A DNA stretch of 64,000 bases from contig OZ024743.1 in assembly GCA_964016885.1 (NCBI GenBank), forward strand, positions 23,312,001 through 23,376,000. Reading direction: 5' to 3'. Shown here one piece after another: positions 51,189 to 64,000 of the stretch (its first letter is position 1; each line of letters begins with the position of its first letter). The position numbers were made by a program, and so were the translations under genes. The notes beneath the pieces are model-generated. The model did no database searches. It was not told the DNA's origin and was given only the letters and a program-made list of their open reading frames with translations. This stretch comes from Eledone cirrhosa (lineage: Eukaryota).

Positions 51189-53269
51189 CTGCAAAACAAA
51201 AAGAAAATACTTTGGTTCTTAATAAATACAATCAATTAAAACACACACACACACACACACACATGTATACACACTAAGCTATTCAGAGAAACATGATATA
51301 ATCAAATGGATTAGACATTGGTCTCTTATCTCATTAATAGCATGTTTAAATCATCTACACAACATATCATTTAATACAGTCATGTTCTCTAGGCAGAAGT
51401 AGACGATCGTTTAGAAATGTTACCTGTGATAGAAAGGATTTGAAGAATATCATTCTCATTTCTCTTTCCGCTATGAATTTGCTCGGGCAATTTGAGACAT
51501 GAATTACAGGATCAGAAGGACCCTTGATGCAATGGGTTTCCCATCACAACATGATAACTTTCTTCATATTCAAGGGAGATAAACTTCTAATCTAAGACAT
51601 CACATGTTATGACATGTTCTCTGCTTTCAACCTTGTCACTTTGGCCACAAACCTAGGCATTTCTATCCATAACGTGAAGAAGAAGATAGCAAAATACTGG
51701 GATTTGATCAATTTTTTCCTTTCCATGTTGATCACCGTTGAGACCGCTGGTGTCCTCGGTCCCCAAATTTCCATTTACCTCTGAATAATTGGGAAAAGGG
51801 CAGCCCACCTGAGGTAGGAACTGAATGAGGGTAATGGCTGATGCAGCAGGTGGTGCTGGCTGTTTCATGGCATCACTTTTGCCATTTTATCCACAGGGTG
51901 CAGCTGAAATATAATATCTAGACTGGAGTATAGATTCTGCTGCTACCTCACACTTTCCCTTATTTTCTCTATTTTATTTTTTTGTCTTTCTTTTTTAATT
52001 GCAAACATAATTTAATCAAAATTTGTTGAATAAATATTTTTCTCCACTGAAAAAGTTGAGGCTTAGCAGACACTTATATAATGCTAGTCTAAAAAATAAT
52101 CTTCAATTCAACCCTTTTAAAACATAGATTTTTCAAGAGTGAGAAAAAACTTCTAGCAATTTGGTCAGTTCTGATATATTGATATATCGACAATGTTCTG
52201 ATATGATGATAATAGGATAATATATTTACACAATTCCCATTTTATGGCACAGTTCTCATGAAATGATAATGTTATAAGATGATACTACATCTCTAAATTA
52301 TGACATTGCATTAACAAATGTCTTATATGATAACCTTACAGTGACAATGCTGAGGCTGTATTGATAACATCCTGGTACAATGACACTGCACAGCTCAGTA
52401 CTGAGATTAATGACATAATGAGGGGGCCTTCTATGTAGTCACCTAGCCTGCTAGAAATAGTAGCCAAGTCTTCCTAAAATCATACTCTGTCATCTTAAAA
52501 TTAAAATGGAGAAGGACACATTCAATAATTGGGTAAACAAAAAATATGGTGTTGCCATGGTTGGAATGCCTTTTGATCATAAGTCTGCTTGATCATAACT
52601 AACCTGGAATTATGCAACACCAACTACACATATAGGACATCTTAACACTGGCACAATTCAAATATGTTTAACTACATTAGCATAATTCAGATATGTTAAT
52701 TCACTACATTAAAGATGTTAATATTGTCTTGACCATTTGTTTTTCATAGATAAGACATCTTTGAGTAATGAATATCAGTGATTATTTATTCCATTTCTTT
52801 ATATTAATTATCTTAAGGTCTGGCAAGTATGGACAAATGCTATGATTCACTGACGAGGTTGATTAAGACCAAAATATGACCAGCATTGCCAAATAACATA
52901 CCAAAGATCAGTTTCACCCCTCAGTGCATGCCTACATTCAATGTCAATTTATCTAAATGTTATAGTTATCTCCCCTACTTTTCTTGACCAGAGTTCATTT
53001 ACAATCTTAAGCTAAGGATTATCTTCTCACTATAAGTGGCTCATCACATTGTGCATGTTATCACTGACTTATGATGACATATGTTTGATATGATGACAGA
53101 TCACAGTTCTGATATAATGACACTAGGTCTCTAGGTTGACAGAGTTCTTGCATGTACAGCTAATCCCAGTATATAGATAACAAAGCATGAACCAAAAGAA
53201 GAAGAAGAAGAAGAAGAAGAAGAAGAAGAAGACGAAGAAGAAGAAGAAACTACCAGTATTTTAACTAAC

Positions 53270-53395
53270 CTTTTAAGAAGTCATTTATAAATTCAATAGG
53301 ATTGCATATCAGATTTGGTTGGTGTTCTGTGTACAACCAATTGCAAGAGCCAAAATATAGAGTTGCAAGTGAGTTAGGCTGTAGTGGGCAATTTT
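53270..53395 (-). CDS. Host gene internal exon (126 nt)
   Basis: Acceptor tatatttcag|AA, donor AAAG|gttagt; phase 1-1; NCPLQPNSLATLYFGSCNWLYTEHQPNLICNPIEFINDFLK. CP...YFGSCNW resembles the start of a long-form C-type lectin fold. Confidence 0.75.
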
Positions 53396-54129
53396 CTGAA
53401 ATATATAGCAAATACATTTAAAATACATTACAGCTTTTTATCAATCCACATTCAAATAAATATTATTCTTCAGTCAAAGCTAAACACATTTCTCTACATA
53501 TCTTCATTGTATATTGTAATGTCAGCATAGGTGTATGGTTCTTGCCTTAGAGAACATCTCACTAGGTGCTGTATAGTTTGTGGTTATGTACCACAGTCAC
53601 ACATGGGGCATTGTTGGTAGAGATATATTCTAATTTGTTGAGTGTCACCTTAGCTCAGTCACCTTCACAGTCAATTAACCCTTGTGATACCTGTCTGATT
53701 GAAACCACCCCTGGTTCTATAATACAAAATTGTTTATTTTAAAGTGTTTTTATTTATCTAAAAACCTTCCATCATAATTTGATCTAAGAACCATTGTTAA
53801 GTTATGTTCTAAACACCAACTTAATAATGAGAAAGCCCATTATATTACTAGATCTCTCCATATTCTTGGTTATTTTCAAAATGATTTGAAAATCATTGGC
53901 AGTGATTTTTATTCAAAATATGGTAGCAAAGACATTTCCACTTTGCCCAGCTTTCCCAGTTCTGTAAGTCGGGCCATAGTAATGGTGATGAGCCAAGTCA
54001 AGAACAAGGGAGACGTAGATATTTTCCAGTTACTGACTCTGCTCAAAACAGAGTTTAAGATTTTAGTCAATGTTAGCATGGAAGATGGACGTTAAACGAT
54101 GATGATGATGATGTGCTAGCAACGAGGTT

Positions 54130-54330
54130 GGCAGGTGTAGTCTTCTTTTAGTTGGGAAGGGCAAGCAGTTTTCCTCTGTCTCGTGACTGTAGCAAAAGAG
54201 ATTATGTGTGGACTGAAGACAGACCTTTTCCTCTTCTACCAAGCCCTCATTGACTTTTTCAAGTTGCACTTGAAAAGTAGGGTGGAGAGGGAAGTACTAC
54301 CCCGAATATATTTTTTAAAGGTGGGTTTAT
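54130..54330 (+). mobile_element. Possible L1/Tx1-like 3' fragment
   Basis: VAKEI...QALIDFFKLHLKSRVERE; related fragment near 11680-11730 on the minus strand. Confidence 0.3.
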
Positions 54331-54497
54331 GTAGTGAGAATGGCCTGAGCAGATGGGCCTACTCTGACAATGCACCTGTTGACCAAAGAGTTTCAAGAAG
54401 AGAAGGACAACTTCCTATAGTACTCTTAGAGATTAGGAGGAGGTAGGATCTGTGAGGTTCCTAAGTAACCCCTATTTAGGAATTTTCATTGTTATAA

Positions 54498-54957
54498 TGG
54501 TGGCACATGGCTTAGTGGTTAGAGCATTGGCCTTGCAATCGAAAGGTTGTGAGTTCAATTCTCAGACCGGGTGATGTGTTGTTTCCTTGAGCAAGACACT
54601 TTATTTCACACTGCTCCAGTTTACTCAGCTGTAGAAATGAGATGATAGGGACTGGGGTCCCTATCATTCCACTGCAAAGTGGTCGTGGAGGTGCCACGGC
54701 AAAAAAGCACCCAGCCCACACTGTAAAGTGGACGTGTAGGCGCCACGGAAAAAAAACAAAAACACCCAACACTCACTGTAAATGAGGTTGGTGTTAGGAA
54801 GGGCATCCAGCTGTAGAAATCAAGCCAGTATCAGTTCCCATATGAGCAAGACAAGGTCAGCCTACTGGACACTGCCCACAACAGGACAACCCGTCTAACC
54901 CATGCTAGTGTGGAAGAACAGACGTAAAAACGGTGATGATGATGATGATGATGATGA
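54498..54957 (+). mobile_element. Second SINE family copy
   Basis: tRNA-like head at 54505-54570; ends gacgtaaaaacggtgatgatg. Confidence 0.8.
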
Positions 54958-55289
54958 ATAGAATTACAAACAACAGAATTCCCCAAAAGTGGGGAGAACC
55001 ACCCAAGGGCAACTTAGGTATTCTACCAATCCTGAACTACACAATGCTTCAAGAGCACCCAGAAAGGCACCCCTCTTCTCCTCAAATCAACCAGCCTACA
55101 ACCGCATGCTCAGTGTAGGCTCATTCAGACAGACCATTCTTGCCATATTCACTCACCTTTTAACAAATGTATCGCTGGCAGCACTTCTCTCTCCACCCTC
55201 ACCTTCCTTTCTAGGTGAAACTTGAAAATAGTTGATGAGGGATTAGCTGAAGAGAAAAATGTCCGTCTTCAATTCTTTTGACCTGGTCC

Positions 55290-55760
55290 ACATTGGTGGC
55301 CTTCTCAGTCAGGACGAGCTTTGCATCTCCATTGCACTTCAAGTAGAAGCTGATGTCTATTGGGGTCTGAGATGTTGCTGTGGTAGGTCCCTCGACTCCA
55401 AAGGTCTACATGGTTTGTCCTGCCATCTGAATGCTGGTCATTTTGCCTGCCATACTGAGTTAGACCTGACCATCAAAGGGCCCTTGCTCGGGTAAATATC
55501 ACCTCAGTTCTGAAGCCAACTGGTTTATCCAGAAGTGATGGGAAGAGACCAGATGGCCTTACCCTTTGTCCCTAAGTAAGAGGTAGGTATCTCATCTGGG
55601 ACACCACAGTCAGTGACGCTTTTTCTCCCTCCTACATCATGGACACCACGGTAAAGTGGGGGGTCACTGCTTCCATAGCTGAACAGAAAAATTCAGAAAT
55701 ACCTAATAATTTTTTCCAGCCTGTGCCATTTGAGACATTTGGTGGAGTCAGGCCACTGAC
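55290..55760 (+). mobile_element. Restriction-like endonuclease fragment of a CRE-like non-LTR retrotransposon
   Basis: CCCG...DSKGLHGLSCH...CH.ELD zinc knuckle, then frameshifted [26 protein letters not shown]. Confidence 0.7.
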
Positions 55761-56049
55761 AGTGGTAGAATGTTAGATAAAATATTACTGTAGTATTTCT
55801 TCTGGCTCATTACATTCTACATTCAAATCCCACCAAGGCCAACTTTGCCTTTTAACCTTCTGGGTTTGATAAAATAAAGTACCAGTCACGTATTGGGCTT
55901 AGTTAAATCAACTTTGCACTTACTCTAAATTCGCTAGCCTTGTGCCAAAATTAAAAATTAATATTAATAAAAGAAATTTGAGTATATAAGATTGAATAAA
56001 ATATTCCTGGTATATTTCTATAGAAAATATAAGGTAACATGAAATAGTA

Positions 56050-56280
56050 CAGTGGAACCTCGGTTCACGAACATACAAGCTGGCAACAACAGTTGCCAAG
56101 CAGCTGGGAGTATTGGCAGGAAATCGTCACTTGCTTTATAGTTAATTACTATCTATCTGTTTTACACACACAGTTTCTTACTCACTGTATTTCTCTCTTA
56201 ATATTTTGTATGGGGAAAATAGTTTCGGGTGATGAACAGCCTTTAGGAAGGAATTAAGGTGGTGAACCAAGGTTCCACTG
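56050..56280. mobile_element. Tc1/mariner (Tigger-like) MITE
   Basis: TIRs cagtggaacctcggttcac / gtgaaccaaggttccactg with TA TSD. Confidence 0.8.
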
Positions 56281-56299
56281 TATTTAACAACTTACTGAC

Positions 56300-56353
56300 C
56301 TAAAGTGTGTCTTGCTTGTGATTTCAGTTGATTTAACAGTGCATTTTCCATTG
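56300..56353 (-). CDS. Probable upstream exon of the host gene (54 nt)
   Basis: Acceptor tttattttcag|CA, donor G|gtcagt gives phase 1-1 MENALLNQLKSQARHTL. A competing donor gtaagt 4 nt further on would not keep phase with the next exon. Confidence 0.45.
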
Positions 56354-56382
56354 CTGAAAATAAATATGTTATTGTTTTAAAC

Positions 56383-56724
56383 TAGAGGTTCTCAAACTAT
56401 TGGGGCCACCACCCCACTCACCACCACATAATACCCTCAGTACCGCCCAACCCTATTTCCAGAGAGACCTTCCTACACGCAAATTGTAAATAATATATAA
56501 TAGATAAAATCGTTAATATATATATAATAAATAATATAATATATACTATGTATAAATAAATATTATATATTTTATAATTTGCTATATTTATATATAGTAT
56601 GTATCATTTGATATTTAATATATTATTATATCATCTCTACCACCCCGCCCCCAGTCCTTCTGTGCCCCCCTTGACCTTCTCAATGCCCCCTGGGGAGTGA
56701 TAGCACCCACTTTGAGAACCTCTG
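56383..56724. mobile_element. hAT (Charlie-like) MITE
   Basis: TIRs tagaggttctcaaa / tttgagaacctctg; 8-bp TSD ttttaaac on both sides. Confidence 0.85.
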
Positions 56725-58838
56725 TTTTAAACAGTTGAAAGAAGTTTATTTAAACAAAAACAAAATAGAAAATATAAACAAAATATTAATATTGTATGAA
56801 AAGACGAGAAGGTAATCATAATCATCTTTATTATCATTATTATTTTTAATGTCCATACTTCCTGCTAGCAAGGGTTGGTCAGGTTATCACACACAGAGTC
56901 AATGACCTCTCAGATAAGTAGGGGTCCTGGATCTCATTTACATGCCTTCCCATACTCTACCAAATGCCTTTAATCATGGCACCTGCACTAATGAGACTGT
57001 TATGTGTTTTTACATCACTGAAGGGTCCTGCTGACCCTTTGTTTGGCAGGTTTTCTAGGGCTAGATGCCATTCCTGGTGCCAATTATTGAATCTACTGGA
57101 TGCCTTTTTCATGGCAATAGCATTAGAGAGGCTGTTAGTTATTGACACAAATATAGAACCCTCTATACCTATAGACACACATAAACCCCATATATATCAT
57201 CATCATCATCACCGTTTTACGTCCATTTTTCCATGTTAAACGAGTTGTCCTGTTGTGAGCAATGCTAGATCAGGTGACCATGTCTTGTTTATACAGAACT
57301 GATTTGGGCTTGGTTTCTACAGCTGGATGCCCTTCCTAATGCCAACCTTATTCACAGTGAGTACCGGGTGCTTTTTGTCATGTCGATAGCACGACCACTT
57401 TACAGTGTAGACTGGGGGCTCCACTAGATGTATACTTCAGCCTGTCCTCATGGAAGAAGTATTCGAGATAACTTTGTTTATATTTTATCACAGCTATTGT
57501 AGCTTTCTATTTCGGACAGATAATATGCCTGAGGTTTGTTGGCTATTTCTTCCCACTTCCTTTATTCCCCTTTCTTTCATTCTTTCTCTCCCTCCCTGCT
57601 CTTCCTTTCCTCTTACTGCTTGTTTTCTTTCCTCTTCCCTTCTCCTATTCGCCACTCTTATTCGTCACTTCCGCTTACAGAGCCATTGTTTTTACATTTC
57701 TCATGGTAACTTAAGGCCAAGTAGACTCATCTTATTTTTCACTCTTTCTGGCTTGTCTATCTGTCTATCTAATCTATTCGTCCCTACCACAAACATTATA
57801 CCTATTTCCTATACCTATTACCTAACACAAACATTATACCAAGAGAGATATTTATTTCTCCATAGTTACGTGCCGTCTATTTTACGTAGTACTTTTAGTT
57901 AAATGGTCTAAACCACAGACGGTCTAAAAGCTGATGAGTGTATTTAAATGTATGTGTGATTTCCTCGCGTCGATTTTATTCTTTTTCTCCTTTCTTCCTA
58001 TCGTTTCTAGCTGCTGATCTATATCCTTTGAGCATTTTACTGTTTTAATGGATCTCTTATGTTGAATTTTTACCATTATCCTACAAAATATATATATATA
58101 CATGTGTGTGTGTAAGAGAGAGAGGGCGGGTAAAGAGAGAAAGAGAGAGTCCTGGGTTCAATCGGGGGTAACCACAGTAACGTACTCAATCCATATGTAG
58201 AGTGTAAATATCATGTTTAGTATACAAATGGCTTCTACAGAACTAGAACTGTTTAATCCAAAAGAAATCATTAGGAAAGCCAACTGTCCTTGTAAAAGGG
58301 TATTTATATGTTTTCTGGTGGTTGGGAAAGGGGGTGATTTAGGGGATGGGTGGAGGTCTTTGGACAAGAGATTTTAAAGAAAAGGGATTCTTTGAAAAAC
58401 TATTTTTAGATATATACTCAAAAGTCAAATGACACAGATAAAGGACCAGGTCCATATTCACACACAAGTACCCGTGCACACTCATACACACGGACGCCCA
58501 CACTTTTCAGGGTTCAATTATTCTAAGTATGCAAATGGAATTTTATGAGTGACTGATAATTGTGAGGGTCTGGCCACAGAATTTGGCTCTGGTATCAATG
58601 GGTTATTGACACCTGTCAAATCAATTAGTGGTGAGGGTGGTGGAATTTGCAACAATATCCACGAGACACACACACATATATATATATATATCTTCGAGAC
58701 CGAGACCACTAATCATGTGAGTACTCGATACATGGGAGATGTAGAAATGTAGAATGGGTATAGAGATGTGTAAATCTCAACCGCGGTGCGAAGCGCTTTC
58801 GGCTTATGTCCACTTGGCGCCGCGGTTGGGATTTTACA

Positions 58839-58879
<41 letters not shown>

Positions 58880-59763
58880 GGGGAAAATACTATCGATAAT
58901 AATAACAATTGAAGAAATAATAATAATTAATAATCTAAGAAATTTGACACCACGTGTACCGTCCGAGTCTACCTCGATTATTGTGGAAAATTCTATCGAT
59001 AATAATTGTTTCTACTTTTGGTACAAGGCCAGCAATTACCCAGTACATTACTGGTACTTTATTTTATGACCCCATAAGGATGAAAGGCAAAGTTAACCTC
59101 GACGGGATTTGAACTCAGGCAGTAATGGGATGTAATGTGCTAGAAAGCATGGCGTCCAACCCTCTACCGATACTGCCAATTCACCGCCCTATCGATAATA
59201 ATAATCAAAAGTATAAACAATTGAAAATTTCTCTAAACGAAATCTTCCAGAGAGAAATTAATTCATGTATAAACATTTCTCTTGCTGCATGTATTAAAAC
59301 AATAATGTATATATATATAACGGTTGTTGTCTGTGTGTGTGTCCTCAGTTTTGCAAAGTCTATACAAATCCACATTTCTACTCCGATTGATTTGCATTTA
59401 TATCTTCCTTGCGGTCTAAAGATATTAACTGCATCTTTTATTTTTCAATTTTCTGTTGTTAAAGGGGTGTTAGGCGCCGGTTCTCCATCTCCGTAACGCT
59501 CTTATAATATCTGTCTGTATGCCTGGCTGTCTGTATTACGACATTCTGACGAACATTGATGACGTATTATATTCGCTATTTTCCGTTCATTGCCAGGGAA
59601 CGTCTTCACGAACCAAAGTATCGTCTTCCTGTTTCCCTTCGGTTGCAACGTTTTTCAAAATATTTACTTCTGCATTCACAGATTGATGTTTTTTAGTTTC
59701 AGAAGATCCCGTTAAGGGTGAAAGCAACGATTCTTTGCTTCAACTTTAATCTGTTATTTTAAT

Positions 59764-59810
59764 CTATATATGTATATATATAAAACCGAGGAAGGATGTA
59801 TGTGTGTGTT

Positions 59811-59901
<91 letters not shown>

Positions 59902-60449
59902 CGAGAAGTACTTAAGGGATTTTTTTCAAACTTTACATGTGTATTACTTATGTTTCAGGGAGTGTTATGCACATAAAAAAATCAACTTTTTGATCCCCTG
60001 GGGCCGGCATTAGGTGAAAAACTGCGTTTTTTTTCAATTTTTTAGTGTTTTTTTGAGGCGTTACGTCAGACCGATTTCCTTGAAATTGTAACTATGTATT
60101 AGTCAGTCTCTTCTTCATACCGTGAGCAAAGAAAATCCAACTTTTTTTATGGCCTAGGGCTTGCATTAGGTGAAAATCTTCGTTACGTCTAGCCGATTTT
60201 TCCGAAATTTCAAGGCATATTATGCACATAAAAAAATTCATTTTCTTGATCCCCTAGGGCCCGCATTAAGTGAAAAACTGCATTATTCCTGCTTCATCGA
60301 GGAAAATCTTAAAGATTATCCAACCATCAGAGTATTCGGTTTATTTTATTTTCATATTGTCCAGGCATGCAGTTTTTCCATGATTAGGTCTGTTGGCGGC
60401 CTGCGTTCCAAAATACCTTATCCCGTGCAACGCCGGGTACCACTGCTAG
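59764..60449 (+). mobile_element. Non-autonomous Helitron-like element
   Basis: tctatatat...aaaaccgag start; 3' cccgtgcaacgccggg hairpin then CTAG|T. Confidence 0.6.
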
Positions 60450-60450
60450 T

Positions 60451-60718
60451 ACTAAATAAAAAACCAAATAATGAAATATTACGTGCTATTGACGAAATAG
60501 GGCATGAATATTTACGACGGATTAAAACCCCAATATTTTGGCAAATCAACGCCTGTTTCTATGCCCTAGCAATGACAGTGAAGCATTATCTTGGTGATAG
60601 CAGAGATATTAACAGGAACAAAACATCACCAAAAATACCATCATATATAACTAAAACAGAAAAAAAGATTGATGACCTACGAAAAACCATAGGATATGTG
60701 ACAATGTTCCTTAGATGC
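60451..60718 (+). mobile_element. Possible R4/Dong-like non-LTR ORF fragment
   Basis: IN..FYA.A.TV....PSYITKTEKKIDDLRKTIG resembles the pre-RT region of R4-type ORFs (recall only). Confidence 0.35.
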
Positions 60719-60979
60719 AGTGGCGGACTGGGTCTAAAAATATTAGTTGCCAGGAAATGAAGAGGGCCCATCTACATATAAAATGCTTTCCTTTAATTTT
60801 TATAATGAATAAATAACATTTTCAAAAAATACATAAGTGGAAACAAAACAGTGCAATCCAATTTTTGCGGGAAAATATCTTACCTGCTCCAATAAAAATA
60901 TTATGTATTTAGCGAAATCCAGAGACTTTCAATAATGACCAGAAGTCTACCCTAAATATTACTAATAGTTTAATTTGTT

Positions 60980-62295
60980 GGAAGTCCGACAAATATAAAT
61001 GTTTATAACTGATTTAGAGCACTCAACAAGTTACTGGAGTAAATATTCAATGATATTAAATAAATGGAAACTATATTTATAAAACCATATTTATTTTATC
61101 ATATATATTTCAAGGGTACCAAGACAACATTGGTACGCTTTCATCAGATAAAATACAAAGTTTGTTTTATAAATAGAGACATACCCAAGAAAATCGTACC
61201 TTATCGGTTGGAAATTCACTGGATAGTGGAAATATATTAGGGATTTTTCAAACTTATGTGTGAATATACAAATGAATATGTAAATAATTGAAAAACAACC
61301 GTTTATTTAAACGACTATGGAGAGAGAGAAGATATAAGAGGAGAAGGATAAAAAATAGTGCGAGAGAGAGACAAGAAAGAAACAAGAGAAGATGAATAAA
61401 AATCCTATTGCGTTAATTTGAGGGAAATATATTCTAAGTATATATCTTAATAGTACGTGTATTTACGGTTATTAGTTGTTTAAAATTTGTTTATAATATA
61501 ATATTTTTCTTCTATTATAAGTAGATAAATAAATAAATAAATACATAAATAAATAAATAAATAGATGGGTATATCATGTTATAGGTAATTGTTCTAATGA
61601 GTTATGAGGGATATTAGTTTTGTATTTAATGTAAATAAATATTAAGTTAAATTAAATTAACTGAGTTAATAAGAATATTTATAGTTATATGATTTAAAAT
61701 ACGGAAAAAACTCCGGTTTAATTTATTTATTCGTTAGTGTGAGACTATTTAGTCAAAATAACTATAGATGTTGAAAGATACATTTAGCCAGAATCGGTTA
61801 GTGGTTATAAATCTATTAAAAAATATTGAAAAAATATTGATAAAGTATTGAAAAAATATTGAAAAAGTATTGAAAAAATATTCAAAAGTTTGAGAAAAAT
61901 TTTTTTAAATAATTTGTAAGAGATAAGTAATTTTTAAAGAAATAAAAATTAAAGAAATAAAAATAAAGAAATAAAAATTATTAAAATAAAAATTTTAATT
62001 TAAATTTAAAAAAAATTAGAATTATATACGTATATATTTTATGAAACTTTAAGAAGTGGAATTATAGCAAATGTTATAGATATTATGATTTAGAGATATC
62101 AATATATTAAAACCAAGTGGATGAGATTGTTATGGAAATAACTAGAAATATTATAAGTATAATTATAAGTTATATATAGTTCTGAATGTTGAAATTTGGC
62201 GATGTCTACAAGAATTAAATAAATTCGTTCTTAGATTAATAGAGTTTTTACATTTAAGCATGAAAAAAATTTCATCAATACACAATAGCAGAATC
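60980..62295 (-). mobile_element. Penelope-like element 3' remnant
   Basis: Minus-strand translation LLCIDEIFFMLKCKNSINLRTNLFNSCRHRQ at ~62190-62290 (the LC..E..I...N.R.....CRH end typical of PLE GIY-YIG ORFs), then an AT-rich tail and a hammerhead motif. Confidence 0.7.
61092..61155 (-). ncRNA. Hammerhead motif, probably inactive (cleavage triplet AUG)
   Basis: tattttat-CTGATGA-aagcgtaccaa/ttggtaccctt-GAAA-T-ATAT-ATG-ataaaata; perfect 8-bp stem I. Confidence 0.65.
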
Positions 62296-62859
62296 TAGAT
62301 AAAGCTGTGTTTCAGTACGCGGGTGCTATTGAAACTGTTTCCCAAGCCAAATTGATACCCTAGCCAGTTCACAAACAGCAACGCCAACTGAAATATCTAT
62401 CTCCCACCCATACAAGAACTACTGGTGGGAAATGTTTCGGGCATATGCGTGTCACTGGATGAAGTGAATAACTTGTGTGACCGGCGGCATATCAACGGAT
62501 ATTTACATCTCGTGTGGAGAACATTTGATGAGAACATGTAAGGCAGATGTTATACAAATGAGAACATGTAAGGCAGATGTTATACAAATGCCATACGTCT
62601 TTGAAATACGTATAATGAAATAAATAGGGATGGACAAATGAAACCGTCTTTCTTGTTTATTATCGGTAGAGCGTTAGACACTATGCTTTGCAGCATAGAG
62701 TTGTGGCTCTTTACATTCTGAGTTCAAATCCCGCAGAGGTTAACGTTGCCTTTCATCCTTACGGCGTCGATAAAATAAAGTACCAGTCACGCACTGGGGT
62801 CGATTTAATCGACTCCCCCCTCCCCTAAAATTGCTGGCCTTGTGCCTATATAAGAAACC

Positions 62860-62890
<31 letters not shown>

Positions 62891-62896
<6 letters not shown>

Positions 62897-64000
62897 ACAA
62901 TATCGGAGAACGCTTTTTAGCGATACTCCGGCCAAATTCCAACTCACTCAACAAACATTAGGAAATAAGTGATTATATTCCCAATTATGTGTTCGGGGTG
63001 CTAACTAAAAGTATTGCGTGGAAAATTGGCTGTATTATTTCAAATGAGATATATCTAATATATCTCTTCCCAGACGGACGTCTCGTTTCATTATAGGATT
63101 CCTACAATTTGGGTGAAATTATACCAATTTATGTAGGAGCTTGTATACCATCAATAGATATATATTCAAGTGGGCTCCTATAATTCATCAGTGGGTGCCC
63201 CAATAATACTAATATTGATAATCTAACCAACATCAGCATTTAGCGATAATCACTTTCTGTGCCTGAGGTATCTGTCAGGTTGCCAGTCCAGCAGTTCTGA
63301 AAGAAGTGCTCGAACTGATTAAAAAAATGAGGAAGTGAATTACCGCCAAAAAAAACAATACATGCGCGTGACAATGAACTCTGAAAGGAATTCAGGCCAC
63401 GTGCTAAGAACTCAATTGGAAATTGAAAAAATATCTATGTGTGTACAACATTTGATGACACACACAGATATTTTCTCGGGCAAAATAACAGAATGAGATA
63501 TAAGGAACAATCAATATTCATATATAAAAAATAAACAAAGAAATGCTAACCTTATACTGGGAATTTCTTTCAAATTTGCTGCGCCAAGAGTAAGTAAATA
63601 AACACAATATCGGAGAAAGCTTTTTAGCGATACTCCGGCCAAATTCCAACTCACTCAACAAACATTAGGAAATAAGTGATTATATTCCCAATTATGTGTT
63701 CGGGGTGCTAACTAAAAGTATTGCGTGGAAAATTGGCTGTATTATTTCAAATGAGATATATCTAATATATCTCTTCCCAGACGGACGTCTCGTTTCATTA
63801 TAGGATTCCTACAATTTGGGTGAAATTATACCAATTTATGTAGGAGCTTGTATACCATCAATAGATATATATTCAAGTGGGCTCCTATAATTCATCAGTG
63901 GGTGCCCCAATAATACTAATATTGATAATCTAACCAACATCAGCATTTAGCGATAATCACTTTCTGTGCCTGAGGTATCTGTCAGGTTGCCAGTCCAGCA
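62891..64000. repeat. 707-bp-period direct tandem duplication running off the window end
   Basis: 62891-63293 is essentially identical to 63598-64000. Confidence 0.9.

Noticed and set aside
51424-51903. Candidate exons between 51.2 and 53.2 kb
   Set aside because: No acceptor/donor pair gives an open, phase-compatible frame
54500-54575. tRNA gene
   Set aside because: tRNA-like head continues directly into SINE body and tail

Overview
AT-rich, microsatellite-rich animal genomic DNA. The repeat landscape (tRNA-derived SINEs, RTE LINEs with (GAT)n tails, Helitrons, Penelope-like remnants) and a mollusc-type protein motif suggest a cephalopod such as octopus (inference). The ORF track largely misses the main feature, a long multi-exon minus-strand gene that I reassembled by hand from phase-compatible GT-AG exons (about 56.35 kb down to 9.6 kb). 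It encodes a Cys-containing ectodomain, a Thr/Pro-rich mucin stalk, a CPCPC motif, a juxtamembrane 'SATDNRPSS..G' motif and one C-terminal TM helix. The symmetric phase-1 mucin exon is amplified to 8 frame-preserving copies inside a near-identical ~2.16-kb tandem array (16.7-31.2 kb). Six array units also carry a 5'-inverted (twin-primed) RTE insertion. The introns hold three large RTE-type LINE copies with a PHD-like finger, a frameshifted Rep/Helicase Helitron, MITEs, many SINEs, and several Penelope-like remnants with minimal hammerhead-ribozyme motifs in fold-back palindromes.
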